Made by a program: the position numbers and the translations under genes
Source of the DNA: a virus
Taxonomy: Duplodnaviria > Caudoviricetes
IMG/VR virus record: IMGVR_UViG_3300031965_000107
Location: 1-32,806 of that record
DNA: 32,806 nucleotides
Reading direction: 5' to 3' (one strand)
The notes under the pieces: model-generated
The model's database searches: none
Told to the model about the DNA's origin: nothing
What the model saw: only the letters and a program-made list of their open reading frames with translations
Part shown: piece after piece, positions 17,062 through 25,259 of the stretch
How the letters are laid out: every line of letters begins with the position of its first letter
How positions within the stretch are numbered: the stretch's first letter is position 1

Positions 17062-17624
17062 GCAGCCGCCCGCGCCGCGAGCGCCTCGTCATTCTGACGC
17101 GCACCCCGGCCGATCTCGCGGTCTCGACACTCACGCGCAGCGGCGCCGTGGCGACGGTCACGACGACGGCGCCGCACAACTACGCCACGGGCGACTACAT
17201 CACCGTCGCCGGAGCCACGCCCACGGCCTACAACGGGACCGTCAAGATCACAGCCACAGGTGATCAGACCTTCACGTACGCGATCGCGGATAGCCCGTCG
17301 ACGCCGGCGACCGGCACGATCACCGTGACTTATGTCTCGGACGCGCAGGGCGGCCGCAAGGACAGCTGGCGGACCATCGATACGATCGCCGCCGAGCAGG
17401 TGGAGATCCGTGGCACCGAGCGGCTGCAGCTCCAGGCGGTCTCGGCCCAGGTGGACTACCGGTTTCGCGCCCGGGTGCGGGCGGATCTGACGCCCAAGAT
17501 GCGGATCCTCTGGACGCCGACCTGGCCCTCGAGCGCGGCGCGCAAGACGCTCGAAATTCAGGCCGTACGAGCCGAGGGCGACGGCCGGCTCTGGATGCTG
17601 CTCGATGCCGGAGAGGCGGCCTGA
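17058..17624 (+). CDS. Head closure / head-tail joining protein (SPP1 gp16-like) with inserted beta domain
   Basis: RERLVI...SDAQGG...W...GTERL...YRFRAR.RADLTPKMRI; insert at about 17115-17333; ATGA overlap. Confidence 0.82.
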   Translation: MSSRPRRERLVILTRTPADLAVSTLTRSGAVATVTTTAPHNYATGDYITVAGATPTAYNGTVKITATGDQTFTYAIADSPSTPATGTITVTYVSDAQGGRKDSWRTIDTIAAEQVEIRGTERLQLQAVSAQVDYRFRARVRADLTPKMRILWTPTWPSSAARKTLEIQAVRAEGDGRLWMLLDAGEAA

Positions 17625-18043
17625 TGCCCGACTCGGCTGCGAGCCCGGTCGCCGAAGCGATCTACGCGCTCTTTCAGGACGCGACGCTCCAGGCGGCCAC
17701 TCCGGGAGGCTGGCACGACGACGTGCCGCAGGCCGCAACACTCCCGGTGGGCTGGATCGAGATCGTCGACGAACGGGACGTGCGCGGGTTCGGAACGGGC
17801 GGCCTGCCCGAGGTGGAGATCCGGACCCATGTGTGGTCCCAGTTCGGCGGGATGGCGGAGGCCCAGACGGCGAATAGGCTCGCCATCAGCCTCCTGAAAG
17901 ACGCCGCGCTGACCGTGACGGGGTATGCGATGTGCGGCCACGTGTTCTACCGCGACACTGTGACGCTGCCGGACGAGCTCCTGGGCGGCGTCAAGGTCCA
18001 CGAGATCGTGTCGCGGTTCACGCTCTTCGTGGAGGAGTCATGA
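17624..18043 (+). CDS. Tail terminator/completion protein (DUF3168-like)
   Basis: AIYALF..WHDDVPQ...P...IRTHVWS...H.vSRF pattern, size and position. Confidence 0.78.
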   Translation: MPDSAASPVAEAIYALFQDATLQAATPGGWHDDVPQAATLPVGWIEIVDERDVRGFGTGGLPEVEIRTHVWSQFGGMAEAQTANRLAISLLKDAALTVTGYAMCGHVFYRDTVTLPDELLGGVKVHEIVSRFTLFVEES

Positions 18044-18044
18044 G

Positions 18045-18242
18045 ATGAGTCCGTACGCCCCGTTCAATCCCTTGCCGCTGGTCGATCCCACTGGTCGGCC
18101 GGCGCGCCCCTCCGCAGTGCCCGGTCCGTGTCCCCAGTGTGGCGCGGCGCTCAGCCTGCGCGTGGCCTCCTCGGGCTTCGGGGTGCCGCATCCCGTGTGC
18201 GGGCGGTGCGGCTACGAATGGCCCGACGAGCGGATGGAGTAA
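18045..18242 (+). CDS. Small Zn-ribbon protein
   Basis: CPQCG...CGRCGYEW; GGAGGAG upstream. Confidence 0.65.
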   Translation: MSPYAPFNPLPLVDPTGRPARPSAVPGPCPQCGAALSLRVASSGFGVPHPVCGRCGYEWPDERME

Positions 18243-18245
18243 GCG

Positions 18246-19334
18246 ATGGCCGGCAAATACGGATCGCCGAGTGTTCTCATACTCGTGGACGGCTACAACC
18301 TGCTCGCCGCGAAGCTTCAGAACTTGACCTGGAAGCACGAGGCGCTCCAGGAGAAGAGCGATGGGCTGGGCGACGAGTGGGCAGAGCACCGCCCGACGGG
18401 GATGTCTCGCGTCACGCTGACCCAGGAGGGCGCCTTTTTCGACACGACCGCCGACGCCATCCATGACGCCATGTCCGCGAGCGTGCCGGGCTCTCCGCAG
18501 GCGACGGCGCGCATCATCTGTCTGGGCTTCGCCGGACAGGTGATCGGGAATGCGTTCATGGGGCTCCAGGCGGCGTTCTCCGTGGCCTACGACGTGCTCG
18601 GGCAGCTCGGCGCGCTGACGAAGGCGAATGTTCAGTACCTCATCTCCGGCCAGGTCGATCACGGCGTCATCCTGCATCCACTCGCAGCGCACGACTACGA
18701 CTGGACGGGGGACACGGTCGATGACACCGCCGCCTCGAGCGATGGCGGCGTCGGGTATCTCCAGATGACGGCCGGGTTCGGGAGCTTCACCGGCGTCATC
18801 CAGCACAGCACGGACGGGAACAACTGGGACACGCTCCTGACCTTCGACGCGATCTCCGCGCCGGGGGCGACGCGGAAGACCGTCTCGGGCTCGGTGCGCC
18901 AGTATTTGCGATTCAATGGCACGGTCTGGGGCGACGTCTCGCCGAGCGCGTCGGTCAGTCCGTCCGCGTCCGTGTCGCCGTCGAGCTCCGTTTCGCCGTC
19001 GGCGTCGACGAGCCCGTCGGTCTCCAGTTCCGCGTCCGTGAGCCCGAGCGCCTCCGTCTCGCCCTCCGCGAGCCTGAGCCCGAGCATCAGTGCGTCCGTC
19101 TCGGCGTCCGCGTCCGTCAGTCCGAGCAGCTCGCTGAGCCCGAGCGCCTCCGTAAGCCCCAGCGCGTCGGTGAGCCCGAGCGTGTCAGCGTCCGCGTCCG
19201 TGTCGCCGAGCAGTTCCCTGTCGCCCTCGGCGAGTCTCTCGCCGTCGGTGTCGGCGTCGACGTCGGCCTCGCCCTCGGCGGAAGCGGGCGTGGCGGGGGA
19301 GGCGACAGTGTTCTGCGGCTTCGCGAGGAGTTGA
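18246..19334 (+). CDS. Tail-tube-like protein with extra C-terminal domain carrying a (Ser-X)57 tract
   Basis: N-terminal ~140 aa is similar to 19557-19982 (MAGKYGS, GDEWAEHRPTGM, YDVLGQLGALT); extra beta domain follows; Ser tract precedes a final hydrophobic strand. Confidence 0.8.
   Translation: MAGKYGSPSVLILVDGYNLLAAKLQNLTWKHEALQEKSDGLGDEWAEHRPTGMSRVTLTQEGAFFDTTADAIHDAMSASVPGSPQATARIICLGFAGQVIGNAFMGLQAAFSVAYDVLGQLGALTKANVQYLISGQVDHGVILHPLAAHDYDWTGDTVDDTAASSDGGVGYLQMTAGFGSFTGVIQHSTDGNNWDTLLTFDAISAPGATRKTVSGSVRQYLRFNGTVWGDVSPSASVSPSASVSPSSSVSPSASTSPSVSSSASVSPSASVSPSASLSPSISASVSASASVSPSSSLSPSASVSPSASVSPSVSASASVSPSSSLSPSASLSPSVSASTSASPSAEAGVAGEATVFCGFARS
18939..19280 (+). repeat. (Ser-X)57 low-complexity coding repeat
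   Basis: Strict Ser alternation for 114 aa. Confidence 0.97.
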
Positions 19335-19336
19335 TC

Positions 19337-19567
19337 GTGACGCCCGACGAGGTGGCGCGTGCGTACGGGGCGGCCGCCGAGACCGCTCGGCGCGCGCGGT
19401 CGACGTGGGAGACGACCACGGATCTCCCGGACAAGGACGCGGCCGGCGTCGTCATGCGCCAGGCCACGGCGCTCGAACGGTCGCTCGAAAGTTGGATCGC
19501 CAAGCGCGCGCTTCGTGCGGCGCTGGCACACGGCGCACACGTAGGAGGAGGATCCGATGGCCGGTAA
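19337..19567 (+). CDS. Small helical hypothetical protein
   Basis: GAGGAG SD 6 nt before GTG 19337; fills the gap between the tail-tube paralogs. Confidence 0.5.
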   Translation: MTPDEVARAYGAAAETARRARSTWETTTDLPDKDAAGVVMRQATALERSLESWIAKRALRAALAHGAHVGGGSDGR

Positions 19568-19982
19568 GTACGGGTCGCAGTCAATCACCGTCACGCTCGA
19601 GGATGCCCCGGGCGGGACCGCGCGCACCATCACCCAGTTCATCCTGACGATGGGCGGCATCAAGATCACCGCCCTGACGCAGCCGTCGCACGCCTTCGGG
19701 GACTCCTGGGAGGAGCACACCCCGACGGGGATGAAACAGGGCGATCCGATCACCCTGACGGGCTACTGGGACACGACGTTGACCACGGGGCCACACGTCG
19801 TCTTCCTCTCACCCGATGACGGGCCACAGGACGACGGGCGCGAGCTGGTGGTCGTCTTCGGGGACTCGAAGACGATGACGATGGATACGCGACTCATCAG
19901 CTACGCCGTGCTCGGGAAGAATGGCGCGCTGACCGAGTTCGAAGCGGTCCTGCAGCCGACGGGCGCGATGACCTGGAGCTAG
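19557..19982 (+). CDS. Major tail tube protein
   Basis: 141 aa beta-rich protein, very strong SD (AGGAGGAGG), immediately upstream of the tail chaperones; FGDSWEE..PTG..ITLTGYWD pattern. Confidence 0.8.
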   Translation: MAGKYGSQSITVTLEDAPGGTARTITQFILTMGGIKITALTQPSHAFGDSWEEHTPTGMKQGDPITLTGYWDTTLTTGPHVVFLSPDDGPQDDGRELVVVFGDSKTMTMDTRLISYAVLGKNGALTEFEAVLQPTGAMTWS

Positions 19983-20092
19983 ACCACCACCCCGCCGTGG
20001 CGTCCCGGAAGGACGCCCAGCGGGAAACGCCGCGGCCGGATCGGGCATGTTTATCCGATCCCGCCGTCGCCTTTCCACCAAGGAGGCATGGG

Positions 20093-20578
20093 ATGTCCGT
20101 CTTCACCTCACTCGTCGTCGAGACCATCCCTGTTCCGGGCGATCCGGAGCAGACCGTCACGATTCGCAAGCTGGCGCCGAAGCATCTCCAGGCGGCGGCG
20201 ACGGCGGGCCAGCGCGCGGCCCTGCTGGAGTTCGTCGAACTGAAGCGCCTGGGCGCGACGGACATCATCAAGGAGGTCCAGGCGCTCACGGCGGACACGG
20301 CGGCGCTCGCTGCGGCTCGCACAGCCGATCCGCTGCTCCTCTACGACCGGACCGTCCTCCTCCAGAAGGGGATCATCGGCTGGAGCTACGACCGATCGCA
20401 CGATGACCCCGAGGCGCTGGAGGATCTGGACGACGACACCAGCGAAGCGATCGCGCGCGCCATCCTGAAGTTGACCAAGCCGTCGCTCTTCGCCGCAGCC
20501 GAGGCCGGCGCGACCGACTCCGACGCCGTGGCGGCCGCGACGACGGCGGCAGAGGAGGCGGCACAAAAAAACGGCTGA
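20093..20578 (+). CDS. Tail assembly chaperone (gpG-like)
   Basis: AGGAGG SD before ATG 20093; VTIRKL, IIGWS motifs; ends in a slippery site. Confidence 0.85.
   Translation: MSVFTSLVVETIPVPGDPEQTVTIRKLAPKHLQAAATAGQRAALLEFVELKRLGATDIIKEVQALTADTAALAAARTADPLLLYDRTVLLQKGIIGWSYDRSHDDPEALEDLDDDTSEAIARAILKLTKPSLFAAAEAGATDSDAVAAATTAAEEAAQKNG
20566..20572 (+). other. Programmed -1 ribosomal frameshift site A AAA AAC
   Basis: X XXY YYZ heptamer in the correct phase just before the stop; the -1 frame stays open to 20898. Confidence 0.88.
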
Positions 20579-20898
20579 CGGCGCTGTATCGCTTTCTCAA
20601 TGGCGAGGACGGCGCCTCGATGCCTCAGACGTGGTGGGTGTCCCGGCTGAGTGAGGAGTTCCACTGCTGCCCCTCAGCCGCCCTCAGAGAGTGGCAGCAA
20701 GCCCCGGAGGGCCTGCTCGAGGAGATCATCGAGATGCGCGCGTTCGCGGCGGCCAAGCACATCGTGGACAGCGCCCAGCGCCGGCAGGACATCCCGCGGA
20801 CGCCCATGTGCCAGCTTGTGCAGCGGATCGAATTCGAGCTCGTGCAAGCCCAGGTGGACGCCGACCAGGCGGCGCGGCAGGATCGCGATGGCCGATAA
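20572..20898 (+). CDS. Tail assembly chaperone gpT-like segment (expressed as G-T fusion)
   Basis: -1 frame reads RLTALYRFLNGEDGASMPQTWWVSRLSEEFHCCPS...; no obvious SD of its own. Confidence 0.8.
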   Translation, partial: RLTALYRFLNGEDGASMPQTWWVSRLSEEFHCCPSAALREWQQAPEGLLEEIIEMRAFAAAKHIVDSAQRRQDIPRTPMCQLVQRIEFELVQAQVDADQAARQDRDGR

Positions 20899-21301
20899 GC
20901 TGACGATCGATGTCGATATTGGTGCGCTGCTCCAAGCACTCACCGCCTTGGGCCCGGCGGCGGAGCTGGTCTGTCGGAGCGCGTCACGCGAGACCGCCAG
21001 CCGCATCCAGCGCGGGGCGCAGGATCGGGCCCGCTGGGGCGCCACGGGCAAGACCCGCGAGGCCATCACGATCGACGAGGGGCCCGAGCCGCTCGGCGGC
21101 TGGCGTGTCTACGTCGGGCCGACCGTCGACGAGAAAGGCCACCATCGGCCCGCCAATCTTCCGAGGTGGCTAGAGTTCGGCACCAGGAAGATGGTGCCCC
21201 GCCCATTCCTCTTCGCAGCCGCGCGCCTCGAAGACGGTCCGCACCTCGAGCGGATCAGTCGGGCCATTCAGCAGGCCATTGATGGGCAGGGGTTGGGCTG
21301 A
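20888..21301 (+). CDS. HK97 gp10-like neck/tail protein
   Basis: TGKTREAI and WLEFGTRKMVPRPFLFAA motifs. Confidence 0.85.
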   Translation: MADKLTIDVDIGALLQALTALGPAAELVCRSASRETASRIQRGAQDRARWGATGKTREAITIDEGPEPLGGWRVYVGPTVDEKGHHRPANLPRWLEFGTRKMVPRPFLFAAARLEDGPHLERISRAIQQAIDGQGLG

Positions 21302-24300
21302 TGGCGGCCAATCCTCAACTGGTCGTGCGCATTGCCGCCAGTCTCGGCGAGCTGAAAAAGAACCTCGCCGAGGGCAAGAACCAGATCGAGACGACGACGG
21401 CGTCGATGACGAAGCTCGCCGCCAGCTTCAAGGGCGACAAGCTCGTCCAGCAGGCGCACAACGTCACCGCGGCGGTCGCTCAGATCGGCGGTGCCTCAAA
21501 GCTGACCGGGGCTGAGCAGGACCGGGTCAATCGCGTCGTGCAGGCGGCGCTGGAGAAATATGCCGCCCTCGGGAAGGAGGCCCCTGCGGCGCTCCGCCAG
21601 TTGGCGGCCGACACGAAACGGGTCGAAGCGCCCACGCAAAGCCTGTCCACCAGCTTCAAGACCCTCGTCGCGAGCTGGGTCACCGCCCAGTTGACCCTGG
21701 TCGCCTTGCAACGCGTCTGGCGCACGCTCACGGCATTTATTGGGAGTTCCGTGCAGGCCTTCGCCGAGCAAGAGCGCGCCACGAAAACGATGGTGACGGC
21801 GCTCGAGGCCCAGGGCACGGCGACCCCACGCACGATCAAGCAATACAAGGATCTCGCCGCGCAGTTCCAGCGCACGACCACCTACGGTGACGAGCTGACG
21901 CTCCAGATGCAGGCCATGCTCGTGCAGGTCGGCAATGTCATGCCGAGCCAGATGAAGGGTGCCCTCGCGGCCTCGATGGATCTGGCCGCCGGCCTTGGCG
22001 TGGATCTGAGGGCGGCGACGCTTCTCGTCGGCAAGGCGTTCGCCGGGGAGACGGGGTCGCTGACGCGCTACGGCATCGTGATCGACAAGACGAAACTCAA
22101 GACGGAGGGCGCCGCGGCGGTGCTGGCGGCCATCAACGAGCGGTTTGGGGGTCAGGCTCAGGCCCAGGCCGAGACGTACGCGGGCCAGATCACCCAGATG
22201 GCTAATGCGTGGGGAGACTTCAAGGAGGCCGTCGGCGAGGCTCTGACTCAGGATCCCATTCTTCAGGCCGCGCTTCGCGGAGCGAAGGCTGTCATTGTCG
22301 ATCTCGGTACTCAAGATCTACCGCAGCTCTCGTTGTCGATGCGCATCGCGAATGCGCTGCAGTTCGGGGCCTTCCCGATCACGAGCAAACTCGCGGAGGC
22401 ATTGGCGCACGCGGCAGACTCGTCCAATAAGGCGGCGACGGCGCATCGGCGCCATGACATCGTTCTTGGGCCGCTGAAGAACCACATCAAAGAACTGACG
22501 GAGGACCAGAAGAAAGCCATCAAAGCCGCGACGGATCTTGCTAATAGTCTCGGGCCGCTCAAGCTCGCCGGCGAGGTCGCGAAACTGACGACGGCGTTGC
22601 AGATCCTCCGGACACGCGGCGATCTGTCGGCGGAGACGCTCGCGAACATCGGCGACGCGGCCGCCGTGGCCTTCGACAAGGGTGCCACACTCACTCCCGA
22701 ACTGGTCGCCTTGGCGCTCGCCTCTGACAAACTTGGGTTTAGCCTCTCGAAGATCACGAAGCCCGGGCTCGATGCACTGCCGGGCGCGCTCGAGCTGGCG
22801 ACCGCGGCGACGCTCGATTTCTATTTCCAGCAGCAGGCGCTCAGCGCGCAGCTCCAACAGACGACCGATGATGAGCTTGCCAGCTTCGTCACACAGTTAT
22901 TGAAGGTTGGCGAGAGCTACGACATTGTCGGCCTGCACGCTAAGGAATTCGCCAAGAAGCAGGCGCCCGATGTCTCGGCCTCGCTCGACCGCATGTCGGC
23001 CGGCTTTGCGCAGCTCGCGCAGATCGGCGGCGGCGCGCTCAAGGGCATCACGGGCTTCGCCGCCCAGCTCACGAGCACGATCAAGCAGGCCGTCGATGGC
23101 GCGAAGAGCGCCGTTGCCGGATGGAGACAAGCTGGGGAAGGCGGGGCGAAGAACTTCATCGCTGGCCTGGCTGGGATGGTTCCTGGGGTCGGATCGATCG
23201 TGGGCGCCGTCGCAAGCCTCTTCGGTGGGCTTTTCAGTAAGAGCGAAGGCCGCAAGCAACTCGAGGCGGCGAACGCCGAAATCGCGAAGCTCAAGGAGCA
23301 GGTGGTCGTCCTCTACGGCTCAACCGCCCAGGCGGAGCAGATCGCCGCGCGCCTCGGGATCAACTTCCAAGCCATCTGGAGCAACCAAAACCAAGCCGGC
23401 CTCGCCTACGTGAAAGAGCAGGTCGACGCGCTCGCGAAGGCGTTGGCCGAACAATCGCAGGCGGCCGTGGATCTCGGCGCGACCATGACGCAGCGCCTTG
23501 GCGCCGACGGGAGCGCCGCGATCCAGTCGATGCTCGACAAGTTGGCCTCGCTCGGTGGCCTGTCGGCTGAAGTGCAGGCCGAGCTGCTCGCCATGGCCGG
23601 GCCCGACTTCAAGGCGATGGAGGAGGCGGCCGCTCGCTATGGCCTCGCCCAGGATGCGCTCGGGAACGGCTACTGGCAAGCGAAGCTCGACACGCAATTC
23701 CTCCAGGTCGTCAAGGACTTTGAGCTGCTGACCAATGCCGGCGCTAACGCCGGGGCCGTCATCAACGCGATGGGGCCGCAGGTTGCGACCCTGGTCGGGC
23801 AGGCCATCCGATACGGCACCGAGTTGCCGGCCGGGATGCGGCCCATCATCGACTCGATGCAGCAGGCCGGGCTGCTCGTCGATGCGAGTGGCAAGCAGTT
23901 CGACGCCTCGAAGATCAAGGGTCTGACCTACGCCGAAACCATCACGCAGGGGATCGATCGCGTGGTGGACAAGCTCCAGGAATTGATCGACGCGCTCACG
24001 AAGGGCGTCGTCGGCGGATTCAATAACGTGATCGACGCGGCAGATCGATTCGGTCGCACACGGATCAAGATTCCCGTGGACTTCGAGTTCAACGAGCCTA
24101 GCAACAGTAGTGGCAGCAGCAGCTCAGAGAGCTACGCGGGAGGGTCGGGTGGATTCCGAGACTTCGGTGTCGGCACGGCGGCGGTCCTGCACGGTATCGA
24201 GCGTGTTCAGACGCCCGCTCAGGCGCGCGCTGAGATGCGCCCGATTTCGATGGCCGACCTGGTGGCCGCGCTGCGGCAGGTCGGCAGCAGGGGCGGCACG

Positions 24301-24444
24301 GTTCAGTTCAACGTGACCACATTGACGAATGGCGGCGACGCGGTTCGGCAGTTGGTGCATAAGGAAATCGGCCCGTTGTTTCTCGAATACCTGAACGGTA
24401 ACAAAAGCGGTTCACTCACCGAACTCAAGAGAATGTTGGGGTAA
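21301..24444 (+). CDS. Tape measure protein
   Basis: 1047 aa Ala/Leu-rich helical protein; LVVRIAA N-terminus; C-terminal AVLHGIERV motif; position after the chaperones. Confidence 0.93.
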   Translation: MAANPQLVVRIAASLGELKKNLAEGKNQIETTTASMTKLAASFKGDKLVQQAHNVTAAVAQIGGASKLTGAEQDRVNRVVQAALEKYAALGKEAPAALRQLAADTKRVEAPTQSLSTSFKTLVASWVTAQLTLVALQRVWRTLTAFIGSSVQAFAEQERATKTMVTALEAQGTATPRTIKQYKDLAAQFQRTTTYGDELTLQMQAMLVQVGNVMPSQMKGALAASMDLAAGLGVDLRAATLLVGKAFAGETGSLTRYGIVIDKTKLKTEGAAAVLAAINERFGGQAQAQAETYAGQITQMANAWGDFKEAVGEALTQDPILQAALRGAKAVIVDLGTQDLPQLSLSMRIANALQFGAFPITSKLAEALAHAADSSNKAATAHRRHDIVLGPLKNHIKELTEDQKKAIKAATDLANSLGPLKLAGEVAKLTTALQILRTRGDLSAETLANIGDAAAVAFDKGATLTPELVALALASDKLGFSLSKITKPGLDALPGALELATAATLDFYFQQQALSAQLQQTTDDELASFVTQLLKVGESYDIVGLHAKEFAKKQAPDVSASLDRMSAGFAQLAQIGGGALKGITGFAAQLTSTIKQAVDGAKSAVAGWRQAGEGGAKNFIAGLAGMVPGVGSIVGAVASLFGGLFSKSEGRKQLEAANAEIAKLKEQVVVLYGSTAQAEQIAARLGINFQAIWSNQNQAGLAYVKEQVDALAKALAEQSQAAVDLGATMTQRLGADGSAAIQSMLDKLASLGGLSAEVQAELLAMAGPDFKAMEEAAARYGLAQDALGNGYWQAKLDTQFLQVVKDFELLTNAGANAGAVINAMGPQVATLVGQAIRYGTELPAGMRPIIDSMQQAGLLVDASGKQFDASKIKGLTYAETITQGIDRVVDKLQELIDALTKGVVGGFNNVIDAADRFGRTRIKIPVDFEFNEPSNSSGSSSSESYAGGSGGFRDFGVGTAAVLHGIERVQTPAQARAEMRPISMADLVAALRQVGSRGGTVQFNVTTLTNGGDAVRQLVHKEIGPLFLEYLNGNKSGSLTELKRMLG

Positions 24445-25259
24445 TGGCGAATCTGATCTATGCGCTCCCAACGGACAATCTCTCGCCGGTGGCGACCGGT
24501 GGCGGGGTTGATTGGGCCGTCAACACGGGGACGGTGGACTCAGAATACCCGGCGGCGAATCTCGGCGATTTAAACCCGGCCAAGCCGGCGAAGCTAACCA
24601 CGACCACGGGGTCATGGGTGCGGGACCTGGGCTCGGCCCAGCAGGTCGACTGGTTATTTGTGCCGATGCACAACTTGACCGCGGCGTTGTCCGGAGTGAA
24701 GATCCAGGGCAACGCGACCGACAGCTGGGGCGCGCCGTCGATCGACCAGGCGCTCGTCGTCCCGGCCTACATGGAGGACGGTTTCCCCTACGGATTCTGG
24801 TTTGATCTCACCGGCATCGGGACGCGGACGTTCCGATACTGGCGATTTTTGGTCGGGACCGCGAATGGCGCGGCCGTGGCCATAGGCGAAGTCTGGCTGG
24901 TCGCCACGAAGCGATCGCTTGTGCATAACATTTACTGGGGGCTGGACGAGGGCGACGAGCACGGTGTCGTTGAGCACCGCACGCCATATGGCGTGGTTTC
25001 GCTCTTCGACCTGGCGACGAAGACTCGGTCCATCGATGGCGAAACTTCGACCTCTGACGTCGGGCTGGCTGCGCTCAAGACGTGGCACCGCGCGTGCGCC
25101 GGGCGCGCCAAACCGACCGCAATCGTTCTGGACCCGGCGATCAATGATGCGATGATGGTCCGCTGGGCTAACGTGCAGCTCAAGTTCCGGCGCCGATTCC
25201 CCAACTTCAACGATGTGAAGTTGAACTTCGAGGAGATGTCGAGGGGATTGGTGCTCTGA
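24444..25259 (+). CDS. Minor tail protein (distal-tail-like position)
   Basis: Immediately follows the tape measure gene (TAATG overlap); beta-rich, with RYWRF..IGEVWL. Confidence 0.7.
   Translation: MANLIYALPTDNLSPVATGGGVDWAVNTGTVDSEYPAANLGDLNPAKPAKLTTTTGSWVRDLGSAQQVDWLFVPMHNLTAALSGVKIQGNATDSWGAPSIDQALVVPAYMEDGFPYGFWFDLTGIGTRTFRYWRFLVGTANGAAVAIGEVWLVATKRSLVHNIYWGLDEGDEHGVVEHRTPYGVVSLFDLATKTRSIDGETSTSDVGLAALKTWHRACAGRAKPTAIVLDPAINDAMMVRWANVQLKFRRRFPNFNDVKLNFEEMSRGLVL

Noticed and set aside
24100-24152. Ser/Gly run SNSSGSSSSESYAGGSGG in the tape measure protein
   Set aside because: Short, not the Pro-containing Ser-X pattern, and consistent with an ordinary linker.
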